Below, piece by piece: positions 25,272-39,742 of a DNA stretch of 64,000 nucleotides; the stretch's first letter is position 1; the number at the start of each line of letters is the position of its first letter. The notes beneath the pieces were generated by a model. It ran no database searches. It was given only the letters and a program-made list of their open reading frames with translations, and was not told the origin of the DNA. This stretch comes from Octopus sinensis (Eukaryota): NCBI RefSeq assembly GCF_006345805.1, contig NC_043008.1, positions 19,778,001 through 19,842,000 on the forward strand, written 5' to 3'. Position numbers and translations under genes: made by a program.

Positions 25272-27746
25272 TACAAAACGTGTGTGTTAGACAGTGTGTG
25301 CTTTCAGCTACAAAATGTAGCTTTTTTAGAAATTCATCATACATCAGGAGCAGTTTAAAATACAAAACTCGGGAGTATAATTTCATCACTTAAGTTGTGC
25401 TGGTCTATATTTCGAGGGACAATATATGAACATGTAATTCACAGAACATTGAAGTGACCTCCCGCTGAACGCTGACATACACCATTTATAACAATACATA
25501 TGCGTACCACATGAGGCAGGTCATAATTCAACATAGCGAGAAAGTCATGTATTAAAATTTCAGTAATCATTGCATTCTCATCAGTAGCGCAGCACATTTA
25601 TAAAGTATATTAATTCCCTTTCTCATAAGCATATTATTACTCGGTGATATATGAAGTAACAATTTCATTCTTCGCACATTCATATTTAATAGATGCACTG
25701 GCAAGTCGTTAAATCTTACAATATTACGTGAGCAACATAGCACGAGTCTATTAATAAAAAATGGTTGGGAATTCAAAAGCGATCGAAACCGCAATAAGTC
25801 TCTGAAAATTAGACCACGTATTTACAAAGCATAATCTTGCGTACATTTTCCGTGTGCGTGCGCTGGTGTTTATATATGTGTGTGTGTGTGTGTGGTGCGT
25901 GCGTGTTTGTTTGCGTAAGACAGTGGTGCATGTATACAAAACTTTGAAAATATTATTGAAAAGTAGAATCCTATTCTTCCCGCAGCTCTACATAACATAT
26001 GTATTTCAGTTTGATGCATACCCGCTCTTCGTGCATGCATATACACGCACACATCTATATGAATCGTACCAGTGGAAGAAGGTCGACGTGAACAGCGAAC
26101 GTTGACGATGAATCATTTGTTTATCTTGTATTTTCGTTTCATATGTATTCTCCGCCCCTTCCGCTTGTTTGAGACAAATATATAATACTTTTCATGGACG
26201 ATCGAGAAAATAAGAATTATACAGTTCCTTTACATAACTTATAAGAATATAAAATATACCCAGATTTATCATCAGGAAAATAATGTAGGAATAGATGAGA
26301 ATTTCGAAAGAAAGTATCAAGCTTAAAAACAGACGAGATTAAATTAAGATACGGAATATAAATACCATTGACATGGAAAATGAAAGAAAAAATCGAAACA
26401 CTTCAGTGGAAATGAAATTACATAACGCTACGAGGGTTAAAAATAACCTTTATGCAATATCACTGTGTTATATTAAACTTAATCTTCGACCAGGATATAT
26501 TGCAAACACCGAAAAAGATTTGTAAAATAAATTTGTTTTCAAATATATCTGTTTTAGACAGAAAATACATTCCAACGTCTGAAGTAAACGGAAAAATCAA
26601 TGACCAAACTACGAGACTACAGAAAATAAAATGCGAAAATGTAAAGAACGCAATGGGAGAAAAAGGTTGACACAGATGATTCGTAATTTTCTGTCAAGAT
26701 TAATTCAAGACAAAAATTGAACTTGGTTGATAGATATAATAAAAAAGAAAGATTAACAAACTAACCATAAAATATATAAAGTTAAGATAAAACGGACGTT
26801 GTGAACGAGAGGAAAAGAAATCAGTGTAGTTTTGTAAGATTACTATTAAGAGTGGGTTCGTAAAGCAGTCAGATATTAGAAAATATATAACAATACATTA
26901 ATGTATCATTATGTCAAAACGGCTTAACAACGAGTTCCCATCAGTTAGAAATGTAAGGAATATTAAATAACACTTAGTTTTCTTTGAGTAAAATCTCAAA
27001 TATGTGCATATACTTGGAACTGAGATTGTCAATAAATCCAAAATTCTTGTGTAACTAATACGCCATTCTTACATAACCACTTGAAATGTTTCTCAAAATG
27101 TCGGCTTTTGTATACATTCGGTATTTAATTTGAAGTGGACAAAATTGAGGTTGATACAAGTATGAAATCATAAGAAGATAGTCAAGGCGAAAGAAATGTA
27201 AAAACCAGGAAATAGAGATCTGGTTAGGAACATTTTAACAAAGCGTAATGAACTTAGCTAGGTATTGGTTATAGACTTCTGCAGAAAGCATTAGTGTTGC
27301 GTGTAGAATGTTTGAATCATATTAAACACTGATTCTTCTAAAGTTATCTTTAAGATGAACGAAATTCGTGACGACAAACAGAAAATAACAGTAATGATAC
27401 ACAATGCTGAAAACAATGTTCTCCTCCATACATGAAAAACTGGTTGTCTTAATATCATCAGCTGGGATTTATTAACTAGATTTAAGATTTCGTTATAATG
27501 ATATATGTTCATCGTATTTTACTGAATAGAGAAAGTGAAGCAGTCACGTCAGCAATGTCCAACCACAGATAGGCGTTTTCCAATTTTGCTTCCGCAATTA
27601 GTTTCGTTTATGTAGAGAAAATGTAAAAGTAACCGGTTTATTATTAGATTATTGGCTGTATATGTCTATTGTCTTGACCAGATTTGAAGAATGAAGCTCA
27701 TGAGCAATCTAATGTATACATATGATTGTGTATGCATATATGTATG

Positions 27747-27780
<34 letters not shown>

Positions 27781-27929
27781 TGTATGTATGTATGTATGTA
27801 TTTAGTAATCGAAGCGTACAGTATGCATTACGGCCGATCTCGAAATTTGGTTTTAGACTAGGCATTCAAGGGAGGGTAAAGTGTCGCTCTTCAAAGGCAG
27901 CCGTTATGGAGCGAAATATAGAATTATTG

Positions 27930-29205
27930 CTTCATGACCTGCAACAATGTTGTTTCTTGTTGTGAGAACCTTAGCCCGTGAGTCTTGAATCAGGCCCCAC
28001 TAGACTGAAACATACTTCGCTTGCCCATTCTATATTCAATATCCAGTGGCATGCTAGAGAGGCTCGCAGTCTGTTGCTACCTTGTCGGCTGATGTCATCG
28101 CGGGAACATCGATGGGAACTTCAGTTCCGAACTCAATCCTCGTTATCGTGATCACGCGTATGTTTGCGTTCTCCCCAAGTAATCGCTTTTCTTTTTACTT
28201 TTTTTTCCATTTCCCCCCTCATTCCCCTCGACTCTCGACTCGATACACACCCTTTCCTTCAAAGGCGGCATCCAATGTCTCGACTGCTTTCCTCAGCCTT
28301 CACAGTGTTCTCTAGATCCACTATAGGGACACTGAATTACTGTCAGTATGATCGAACAGACTAGGACCGACTAGCCTATGTGCGATGTGTCCCACGCGAG
28401 ACCTTCGTATCAGCTATCGCCGGCCTGGTCATTGCTGATCATGAATATAAGGGTTAACGGGGAATCAAGGTTTGTTCCGCTGAGAGAAAGTGAGAAACCG
28501 CTACTACATTCAAAGACGGCAGCAGTTGCGCAAATTTTCCGCTCCCGACACGGGTAAGTAGTGACATAAAATAACGACGTGGAACACTATGGAGGCATAG
28601 CGATTGGAGTAAGTACACTTCAAATAATTTAATGAGATTTGGCCGGAGGTCAGGTTTGGTGACAGCATCCGAGGTAATTCCAGCTCCTCTTGCGTATATT
28701 AAAATTGTTGCGGTGGAAAAGCTCATAGTGGGAATTCTGGTCTCGAAAACATGTCGAAGCTCGTTCGTGGAGACGGTGTCATTGGTTGTCTGTTTGCACT
28801 CCCCATCCCATTCGTCTCTGCGTGCGAACGCAAGTCCTGGATCTCTGCTCGCAACACAGCTGTATCGGATGTCTTACCTTCAACATTCTGGTTTCACGCT
28901 CGTACAGCCGACCTCACGTACATCCTCTGTGAGCCGGTTGAGACTCACGAATCTGGTTTTGATGAACAGCATCTGCGTTACGTTAGCGTGTCCAACATCC
29001 GGTTGCTTAGGCCTGCACGGTCTCTCTGAGAGTATTCTTTGCCGAATGTCCGAGGCAGCCGATACTTCACTGGGATATAATTAAAATCCGCACTACAAGC
29101 TCCGCCAGCTTGAAAACAACAATTAAGGAACGATGGATAATTGCCTCATCCGCGCGTCATCCGTTGGTCTCCGTTCACAACGAGGCAATGATGAAAATGT
29201 GAGAC
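27930..29205 (+). pseudogene. Strongly decayed 18S rRNA pseudogene, 5' half; best match at 28451-28733
   Basis: GGTTAACGGGGAATCAAGGTTTGTTCCG..GAGAAACCGCTACTACATTCAAAGACGGCAGCAG..CTCCCGACACGGG..GTAGTGAC..GTGACAGCATCCGAGGTAATTCCAGCTCC..GCGTATATTAAAATTGTTGCGGT..AAAAGCTCATAGT is collinear with eukaryotic SSU rRNA. Outer limits rest on weaker matches. Confidence 0.85.
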
Positions 29206-29834
29206 TCATGTCGTTCATATTGGACTTTGGAGGTGAAATTCCTAGATTGTCGCGTGTTATTAAGTGTAACATACACATGTTACATAAACTAATTCCAGAA
29301 CAGAAATCTTACTAGAAACTCAAAATTCCTCCACTAAAACTAGTATAATGACTTGATCACAATCATTGTTGAAATAATAGAATTAATTGATTTGATTAAG
29401 AGAGGGCATAATCTGCTGTAAATAAAATTTGGTTGAAGCAATATATTATATTACCAATATATTACGTCTAGTTTCGATGATGTTTGCTTAGTGTCTACAA
29501 TACAAGAGCATATTTATGGAATATGCATGAAGGTTCAGCTAGCTTCTCATTATCAGATAAAACTTGTGGTTAAATATAACATCATATATCGATATATTTG
29601 GGGATTGTCTATTACAGAGTAAATAAAATAATCTGTTTGTTGCTTCAAATCAACAAAATTGTAGCTTCTAGCTTCTAGAAAACTGTTTTAGAGTGTTTTA
29701 TGAAGGTCATATTTCTATTCATTTCAAGGAGAAAATTTGTATATTCGCTACTGTACACACGCACGCGCACGGACACACTCACACACACGCACACACTCAT
29801 ACGCACACACACAAAGACACACACACACACACAC

Positions 29835-29876
<42 letters not shown>

Positions 29877-29979
29877 GCACACGGACAAACATATATAACG
29901 GTAAAATTCTCCAAAATGTAGGTTTGTGTCAGATCGATAGACTTCCGGTAACGCAGGAATTGCTGTTTGGAGGCGTAGG

Positions 29980-30205
29980 AATGGCTGCGTAGTAAGTAGC
30001 TGCGTGGCATATTGGGCAAGTGTCTTCTGCTATAGTCTTGTGAATGAATTTGGTAGACGGAAACGGTGTGTCTACGTCTCTGTATCCTAGCAGTTTGGCA
30101 TTAGAGACCGATGGAATAAGTACTAGGCAAATAAAGAATAAGTTCTGCTGTGGATTTGTTCGACTAAAGGCGGTGCCCCAGCATCACCGCAGTCAAATAA
30201 TTGAA
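29980..30205 (+). mobile_element. Degraded CORE-like SINE
   Basis: TTGGGCAAGTGTCTTCTGCTATAG..GAATTTGGTAGACGGAAAC..GACTAAAGGCGGTGCCCCAGCAT. Confidence 0.75.
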
Positions 30206-31128
30206 AATATAAAAATAGCGGAACAGAATATAAGTAAATATATAAGTGCTGGGTATGTTCCTAGTAGTAAGCCGATAAAGCATATTCGCTACCTAAGGCT
30301 ACATGATATAATTTGCCCAATAGATCTACCCCAGGAATTCCTCTGTGTATGTTGCGTATATCACAGATGATAGAGACGGAAATTGGAATTTTCGAATAAT
30401 TTTATTGCTTGCACCGGTCATTCTGGAATCCACCCTGCTTCGATACCTCGCAGATAAGATAGTGTAAAACTGGTTGTGGTGCACCTATCGATGTAGAAGT
30501 CTAAAATGCTCGGAAAATCTACATCATATGTTAAAGGATAAAAAAATGTAAGCCATGCGTAGCTGAAACAATTAATTAGCTTTTCAGAACGAAGAATTAT
30601 AACTTACTGCTGAACTGTAGATCCGAAAATTTCAGCGGTTGAAAGTATATGGCTAAGTTCCTGCTGGCGAACTCGAAAGTGCTCCCTTTTTCGAATTGTA
30701 CTGTGGACTTTAAGCCTTATAATTTACGGTCTAAGGGAAATAATTCTTTCTTTATCTCTCTAATATCTTCCTTTTCTAGTTTTTCAACACCCTAAGAGTT
30801 TATATTTACTTCCTTCTCCAATTTACTTTCATTTCTCTTGTCTTATTTTTAGTTCGTTATGCCAGGTGGGCAGTATCTGATTATTGTGCTAAGACAACAG
30901 ACAGGTTAAAAAACACTGTTTGGTATGTAAACGGCACATGAAACTTATAGTTGCACATAAAATCATTCATTGTGTTTATTAAATAATATATATACAAACA
31001 CAAATATATATAAATTATACATGTATATATATATGTGATATATCATAAAACATATATATAATACGCGATATATACATACATACACACATGCATACACACG
31101 CACATATATGTATATGCATATATATATA

Positions 31129-31164
<36 letters not shown>

Positions 31165-31325
31165 CGACGGGCTTCTTTTCAGTTTCCCACTACTATCTCC
31201 ACTCGCAATACGTCGGTAGGTCCGAAGCTATAGGAGAGGAGACTTTCCCAATGTGACAAGCAGAAGGAATGAACCTGGAACCATGTGATTGGGAGGCAAG
31301 CCTCTTACCACACAGCCACATACGT
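31165..31325 (-). mobile_element. CORE-like SINE head
   Basis: ACGACGGGCTTCTTTTCAGTTTCC..AACCTGGAACCATGTG..CTTACCACACAGCCAC. Confidence 0.7.
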
Positions 31326-31383
31326 AATATATATACATACACACACACCTATTATATATTATATATATATTATATATATATAT

Positions 31384-31414
<31 letters not shown>

Positions 31415-31621
31415 ATATATACTTTAATATATATATATATACAATATATAATAATATTTATAGTAGATTATATTAGTTGCGTTGCACGAACAAATACGTT
31501 TGCGCTAATGTTGGAAGTGTATGAATCATTGAAAATCATTTTCTAACTGTGTCCATATCGATTGGATACACACACACATACACACACACTCACACACACA
31601 CACCACACAAACACAACACAC

Positions 31622-31671
<50 letters not shown>

Positions 31672-32109
31672 ACATGCATACATTCATACAAACACACACA
31701 CACACTATATATTATATATATATATTATATATATATATATAATATATATATATATATACCTATGTTTACTACAGTAACTGATATGAACAGTGTCCCAGAT
31801 ACCGATCGCAGATAACTACATTCAGTGAACCATATCTTTGCTGTTATAATACACTTCATAGTTAATTCGAGTGTTATAAATAGCTATATAGATTGTACGA
31901 ATAAAATGGTGCAACAATTCTGTCTTTTGAACACGATATCAAATCCGCCATTACAAAATATATTTAGAGATTATATTAAATTTCCTATTAGTGTAACAAA
32001 CCGCTCTAAACACTTTACTTATGAAGTCATCAAAGAGATAGAATGGTAAAACATTAGAGAGCTTAAGAAATCGTTTAATTTCGTTTAAACCATTTAATAA
32101 ATAATAAAT

Positions 32110-32356
32110 GCGCCCTTTTAAAGCCTAGCGAGGCTCATGGACCCGGTTTCCCGGTTTCTATCGCCTATGTGTTTCCCAGCTGGACGGGACGCCAGTCCAT
32201 CGCAGCGTTACTCATTTTTGCCAGCTGAGTGGACTGGAGCAACGTGAAATGAAGTGTTTTGCTCAAGAACACAACGCGTCGCCCAGTCCAGGAATCGAAA
32301 CCACAATCTTACGATCATGGTGCTGACACTCTAACCACTAACCCACGCGCTTTCAC
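32110..32356 (-). mobile_element. tRNA-derived SINE with V-domain-like motif
   Basis: Minus strand TAGTGGTTAGAGTGTCAGC..GTTTCGATTCC..TTCTTGAGCAAAACACTT..GCTGCGATGGACTGGCGTCCCGTCCAG. Confidence 0.8.
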
Positions 32357-32653
32357 TTAAATCATTTAGCTTCAGTTAAAATGAGCGAGCTCGCTGCATC
32401 ATTATCGTGTTAGAAAAAAAGTGCTTTGCGGCATTTTAACCGTCTTTTTGTCCGGAGATCAAATTCTGCCGAGATCGACTTTAGCTTTCACGCTTGCAAG
32501 GTTGATGAAAACAAAGAAACCCACCAAATATCAAGCCTGTGTTTATTGTAGAAATGAGTATTTAGTCTCATCTAAAGACAATGCTCAGCAGTATTTCTTC
32601 CAATTCCTTGCATTCTATGTTCAAACTCTGACGTATGTATATATATGTACATA

Positions 32654-32689
<36 letters not shown>

Positions 32690-33530
32690 TATATATATGT
32701 GTATACATACATAGATATATATTTGTATATACATACATATATATGCATATATATAAACATGAAATATATATCTTGAAGAATATTTACCACTTATCTACTA
32801 TAATATAGATGTTATAAAGCAAGCGTATGAGATATATGGGTTATGTACCCACATTTATGTACATATACATACGTTACCTATCTATCTATCTATCTATGTA
32901 TGTATCTATCTATTTAACTATCTATATCTTTATTTATCTATCTTTGCCTTTCCAGGCCTGATAAAACAAATATAGTTGGAACACTGTGTCGATGTAATAA
33001 CCAAGACCGTCCTTCAAAATATCAGGCCCTGTATTTAGAGTAGAACGAATTATTTTGACACATGAAAGTGGGGAGGCTGGAAATATTGTTCGTGCATGGG
33101 ATAAAATGCTTACACGCATTTCTTCCAGCTCCTTACTGCCAGAGTGGAAATTCCAACCATATCAAGCTTGTCTTGCATATTTTCACGGTCGATAAAACAA
33201 TAAAGTTCTATGTCGATCTTCTGCATTTAACTCCTCTACCTGAAATTGCAAGCTTTATGCCGAAATTCGAAAATAATTATTTGTTCTCGTTTAGCTTGGT
33301 AAATTAGTAGCTCATCGGACACTGTCACGCGGATCTCCTTTCAGCAGTTAATGATGTCTTCAAGTTTCCCTGTGATCAGCGATATGGAAGCTGTGATCAG
33401 TTTTGCCCTTCATCATCTGGAAGTCGATTAAAAACTACCTGTCACTCACTAAGCTTGACTAAATCAGTTATGCTTACCCCTAAAGATTGCTGTTCTTGTG
33501 CATCAATAAGAAAATAATAGTTATTTCGAA

Positions 33531-33925
33531 GGCGGCGAGCTGGCAGAAACGTTAGCACGCCGAGCGAAATGCTTTGCGGTATTTCGTCTGCCGATACGTT
33601 CTTAGTTCAAATTCCGCCGAGGTCGATTTTGCCTTTCATCCTTTCGGGGTGGATAAAATTAAAGTACCAGTTACGCACTGGGGTCGATACAATCGACTTA
33701 ATCCGTTTATCTGTCCTTGCTGCCCCTTCTGTGTTTAGACCCTTGTGGGTAGTAAAGCGATAAGTATTTCATCTGCCGCTACGTTCTGAGTTCAAATTCT
33801 GCCGTGGTCGATGTTGCCTTTCATCGATTTGCGGTCGATTAAATAAGTACCAGGTACGCACTGGAGTCGGTCTGTCCTTGTTTGTCCCCTCTGTGTTTAT
33901 CCACGTTGTGGGCAATAAAGAAATA
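33531..33925 (+). mobile_element. Meta-type SINE with internal duplication
   Basis: Head GGCGGCGAGCTGGCAGAAACGTTAGCACGCC; the core occurs twice. Confidence 0.85.
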
Positions 33926-34743
33926 AGAACATAATAGTTATTTTGTTTTTCTTAACTTACATTTATACTGTTCGTCATTAATTAGCTTTAGACTGTGATC
34001 GAAAAAAAAATTATGTAAGGTATTGCCTCTGCGACACTACGTACTTTGAAAGATTTCATTATACACACTGTACAGCGCTTCCTAACCCTTTTAGACGGTA
34101 TATTGTTCGTTCTACGCGCAAGTTCCTGTGTTAGATTCAGAAGCAAAGTTTTGAACACATTGTTTCTTCCTCAAACATTAATCTCACCAGCATCTCAACA
34201 GACAGAAGCAAACACTACTTCAACTATTTATTATCATTCTGATTCTTACCTAGGCTAACACATAAAAAAAAATCTAGTGGCTATAACACTTAATACTTTA
34301 CTTAACGAAATTAATATAATGTAGATAGGAAAATTTTGTTTTTTATATCTGTTGAGGTAATCACATTTAGAATGAGTATTCATTACAAAGAAAGAAAGAG
34401 ATAAGAATTATAATTTATTCACAACACTTGTGCAATACAGCAATTGTATGCATAAGTAGCACCAGGAATTTAATATATTCGTCTCCTACATTTATTATAT
34501 AATATCTAAAGAGAGAAAGCACGGCCATCACTTTAGAAGCAATCATCTTGCGTTTTACCTTTAAGGAAAACATAAACTATATTTATCTGTCATATAAGCA
34601 CAAACAATGGATACACAGCAGAAGATCAATATACGTATCTCTCTCTCTTTCTCATTCTCTCTCTCTGTCTCTCAATCTCTATATACTTACGTAGAGATAT
34701 ACACATATATATACAAACAAATGAATGTTTCTTTGTAAATATA

Positions 34744-34798
<55 letters not shown>

Positions 34799-35012
34799 AT
34801 ACTTACATATCTTTATATATGAATAGATATATACATATACGCATATATATATATGTATATATATATATATGAGCGGCACTCATATATTTCTTATGTACGT
34901 CTTTTCGAATTTCTGTTTTTAATTCTTATTTGCCTACATACATACAAACATTCACACAATCATACGCACACACACGCACACACACATACACACACCCAGA
35001 CACACAAACATG

Positions 35013-35069
<57 letters not shown>

Positions 35070-35529
35070 TGTGTGTGCGTGGGGGTGTTTCAGTATATAC
35101 ATGCATTGATGTATGCACACACATACGGAAATATAAATGTATCTTATATATATATGCACATATGCATATCTGCCATATATATATATGTGGTAGATACATA
35201 CCTTCACGTCTTCCACTGCGTAGGTGTGTGAATATGAATGTATGGTAGTAATGGCTGTATCATTAAATATCTTAATTGAATTTCAATATATAAAGTGAAT
35301 TGCAATTAATGTGCATTAAGAAAAATGTTCACACACGCACACACATACACACACACACACATGCACGCACACACAAACACACACACACTTATACATGAAA
35401 AGGCAAATATATCAGAGAGTCATACACATATGTCTGAAACATTCTCTCTCTCTATATATATACTTATATACATTGACGAAAATATGCACATATACATACG
35501 CATATACACACCCAAATGTATTCATACGT

Positions 35530-35569
<40 letters not shown>

Positions 35570-35708
35570 TCATATATATACATATATATGCATATATATA
35601 TACATATATACATACATATATATATTTATATATATATATATATATACACATATATATATACATATATATATACACATATATATATACATATATATATACA
35701 CGTATATT

Positions 35709-35739
<31 letters not shown>

Positions 35740-36604
35740 CATATATATCTATATATATATAAATTTGAATTATGATCATATCTTTTCTTTATGTTGTACT
35801 ATATTTTTTAATAATAAATAAATGGAACTCGGTAATCCAATATCTGTGCTGTGTTCTTCGACAATAAACATTGTTTTAAAAACTCTTTGTCACATTAATG
35901 GTGATATATTGCGTTAGAAATTAAGGAAACTGTAGGAACCTTGGAAACGCCAAAAAAGAAAAACAAAGAAAAAATTAAGAAATAAACAAATCACGTAACG
36001 CAAGAAACAAAAAAAAATGAAAATAAAAATGGAAGCAATCTGCATATTGTAGAACTAGATAATCATGTATTTGATAAAATTTAAACAAAGAGTTTAATAG
36101 TTAATATGAATGTATTTTTTTCCATCAGTAAGACACATAAAGAGAGGCGGCGAAAAGCAATAAAACGAATGGAAATGTTTATATAACAATAATTATTTAA
36201 ATAAGACTATGTTTCTGATTTCCTGATATCATTTTGATATTATTTTTGGTGATTATTCCTTAATTGCTATTCATCTTGCAAATTATATGCAAATGAGAAC
36301 CCTCTGACAAAAACAAACGAAATCAACACAGAAATGATTTTAAAAACTTCACGTTGAATTATTATAGACAACCATAATAAGAATGCTAAAAGCAACAATA
36401 TAATTACATTTAACCACGATATCAACAGATCATTTGCAATCATCAAGTGGTTTAACTAAACATGTGTACCGAGTTCAAAATTTATGAGTAATTTTACGAT
36501 TTAGAATTTTTTTTTTTTTTGAGAATAGAATTATCTCCAATGAAAAAGAAAATACAAAAAAAAAACGAACAATCGGAAATCATAATTCCTCGATGTTGAA
36601 TTAT

Positions 36605-36874
36605 ATTGGCTCAGGCGTGACTGTGTGGTAAGAAGGTTGCTTCTCAACCACATGGTCACTGGGTGGCAACTTGGGCAAGTGTCTTCTACTATAGCCTCGG
36701 TCCGACCAAATCCTTGTGAGTGGATTTGGTGGCGGAAAGTGAAAAGAAGCCCGTCGTGTATATATACATATATATATATATGTATATACATTATATATAT
36801 ATATATATAATATATATAGATATATATATATATATATACATATATATGTATATATATATATATATTTACGTATT

Positions 36875-36905
<31 letters not shown>

Positions 36906-37135
36906 TTATATATATATGAATCTATATAGGCGTTATGGGTCTCTGTGTTTGTCCCCGCACCATCGCTTGACAAGCGGTGTTGGTGTGTTTACGTTCGTAA
37001 GCTTAACAGTTCCGGCAAAAGACAACGATAGAATAAATACTAGTCTTCCAACGAATAAATCCTCGGATGGTTTTTTTCGACTGAAGGTGTTGGTCCAGTA
37101 TGGCCACAGTCAAATAACTGAAGCAATTAAAGGAA
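36605..37135 (+). mobile_element. CORE-like SINE with ~170-bp internal (TA)n
   Basis: Head, microsatellite and 3' half as in 7672-8095. Confidence 0.8.
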
Positions 37136-37244
37136 TCGAGGAATATATTTATCCTCTATCTTTTATATGTTTCAGCTCTAAGAATGTGGCCATGCTGGGG
37201 CCCCGCCAGTGTAATCACCTTTTTAATTGCGAATCTTATGTAAC

Positions 37245-37590
37245 TGGCTTTTAGTGACGGAATGAGTTCGACACTGCTGTCCTCCTTTTGAGTTCCTTGA
37301 CTTGATATCGGTTCACCTCGGACCTTGGATAGCAAGAGGTGAAGTTGTCTCTTGAAAGCATCTATCCCCACTCCACGGAGATCCCTCATATGTTTTGGTA
37401 AAGCGTTAAATAGCCTTGGGACCTCGAATCCCAAGCTATTGCAGTACATGTTTCTCACTCTAGGCGAGACAGCTGTGACCTTTGGAACAATCCAATGGCA
37501 TCCAGTTTGGGTGTGATACAGCTCATGATTCCAAAGTTTGGTGCCAGCTCCTCCAGTATCTTCCACATTCTACAGATCCAAGACAGGGCT
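37245..37590 (-). mobile_element. CR1/L2-like LINE 3' end
   Basis: ORF 37156-37566: RVRNMYCNSLGFEVPRLFNALPKHMRDLRGV..DAFKRQL..LLSKV.GEP, typical of the post-RT C-terminus of CR1-group LINEs. Confidence 0.75.
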
Positions 37591-37819
37591 ATTAAAAATT
37601 AATTTAAAAGTTAATGAACTATATTAGGCAAGCAAATATATTTCAATATTTTCTTGCCTACTCCCACTGTGAATCTAGAGATCATATTCCACATGTACAG
37701 TCTTTCACTTTGGATTGTACATGGTTTGATAACATACAAACCTATCTAATGACCATTATTTTACTTGATTATTTCTCCTCCTCCACAAGATATTGCAGTA
37801 TTACAGTAGTTACGCCTGT

Positions 37820-38040
37820 TGGCTGAATCGTTACCACGCTGAACGGCATTTCGTACTGAACGGCATTTCGTACTGGACGGCATTTCGTCCGTCTTTACAT
37901 TCGGAGTTCAAATTCCGTCGAGGTCCACTTTGCGTTTCATCCTACCGGTGTTCATAAAATAAGTACCAGTTTGGTACTGTGGTTAGTTGTAAATCGACTA
38001 ACCCCTTCCCTGAAATTGTTGGCATTGCGCACGTCTTTGA
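37820..38040 (+). mobile_element. Meta-type SINE with a triplicated 17-bp segment
   Basis: GAACGGCATTTCGTACT occurs three times, followed by the B-box and core. Confidence 0.75.
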
Positions 38041-39362
38041 AGCGAATATTTGAGCTGTTATAAGTCGTAAATCTTTCTGCTTCATAAAATAAAGCTGAAC
38101 AAACGGTCGAAAGGTTGTTTTGGATTATTTTGTAAACAATTTAAAAAGGAAATATCCAAAGACTGGCGGTGTCCCAGCATGACCAGAGCCTTAAGGCTAA
38201 AACATATAAAAGAATAAAAGAATGAGATTTTTCTGCGAAAACTTTATCAAAATACTCCAAAGCACATTGAATGTCATACTGTAATAATGATTCAGTTCTT
38301 GTAAGCTACATATTTTTTTTAGCGAGAATACGGAAACGAAAGTACAGAATATAGCTCTACATGTCAAAGAAAATAGATAAAGAAAGTAGCCATTTGGACT
38401 AAGATAATTTTGCATAATCAAACCACAAATGGCCGCTAATGTAGAGATTGAAATCAAAATTTTCTCTTACGATATAAACGATTTTCCACCATCATAATGT
38501 TCGCTGAAGGAAGAAAAGGTAGCAGTAGCAACAGACCAATGACATACAAAATATTAAAAACGATATAAAGTAACAGCAGCAACAGCAGCATCACCAACAG
38601 CAGCAGCAGCAACAGCAGCAGCAGCAGGAAAAGCAACATCAAACTACAACTCCAACCTCGATTTATGCAGGTGGAATTCGCCTCATAAATCAAAACTACC
38701 AACAGTATTCTCAACACTATTATCGTTATGTCAAGTGGTAATAGCAGTAAGGAATATAACAGCGGCAAGATGGCTTGCATTGACAAAAGCAATGACAGCC
38801 GCACTAACGTTATAACAGAAGAATAGCTTCTCGCACAACCAGCATCACCATCGACTCTACTACTATTTTTAACACGCCACTACCGTCATTACCGGGAACA
38901 AAACGGTTTACTTCCAGTGAAATCTTGTCAGTGAAAGTCCGCGACAAAATTAATACATTGTCATCTGCAAGTCTTAAATAAAATGGCAAAAATATCTACT
39001 CGCCGTCAGGCGCAAATATGAACACTGTTACGCGTCCCTTGATCCTGCTCTATCGGAGGTGATAAGTGAAATCATACGATGTAAGTTCTTGAATTACAAA
39101 TACGGGAGCAGAGATGCCAAGAGTTTTGTTAAAGCTACACAAGTACAGACTGAAAGTTGAATGAAGACTTTTTGCTGGTTTATAGGACACGTGAGAAAAT
39201 GTTAGTAATATTAGACGGTGTATGTCGTTGTATGTCAGTGAAAAGGAACTATATATAAATATATTTGCGCTATATGGGACGTGATGTAGCTAAGTTCAAC
39301 CGAAATAGTCAAGGTGAAATTAACATGAAGAGCAACACGTAGTTATCAACATATTCTCTCTA

Positions 39363-39742
39363 GCACTCCGTCGGCTACGACGACGAGGGTTCCGGTTGAT
39401 CCGATCAACGGAACAGCCTGCTCGTGAAATTAACGTGTAAGTGGCTGAGCACTCCACAGACACGTATACCCTTAACGTAGTTCTCGGGGATATTCAGCAA
39501 GACACAGAGAGTGACAAGGCCAGCCCTTTGAAATACAGGTACAACAGAAACAGGAAGTAAGAGTGAGAGAAAGTTTTGGTGAAAGAGTACAGCAGGGATC
39601 ACCAACATCCCCTGCCGGAGCCTCGTGGAGCTTTTAGGTGTTTTCGCTCAATAAACACTCACAACGCCCGGTCTAGGAATCGAAACAGCGATCCTATGAC
39701 CGCGAGTCCGCTGCCCTAACCACTGGGCCATTGCGCCTCCAC
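39363..39742 (-). mobile_element. Full-length tRNA-derived SINE (third family)
   Basis: Minus head GGAGGCGCAATGGCCCAGTGGTTAGGGCAGCGGACTCGCGG..GTTTCGATTCC. A close copy lies on the plus strand at 51068-51440. Confidence 0.9.

Noticed and set aside
29300-29680. Possible very old Penelope RT remnant
   Set aside because: Only scattered residues match; not enough to annotate.
32940-33480. Strong acceptor at 32957 and a faint RT-like peptide on the minus strand
   Set aside because: Plus frames close within 30 codons with no donor; the RT similarity is too weak to call.
38540-38820. CAG/CAA-rich stretch suggesting a polyQ exon
   Set aside because: The Q frame is preceded by TAA with no good acceptor and ends quickly; it looks like a decayed trinucleotide repeat.
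38960-39090. Frame WQKYLLAVRRKYEHCYASLDPALSEVISEIIR ending near a GTAAGT
   Set aside because: There is an in-frame stop just upstream with no acceptor or ATG between.
39363-39742. tRNA genes at SINE heads
   Set aside because: The A and B boxes continue into SINE bodies with no acceptor stem; these are SINEs, not tRNA genes.
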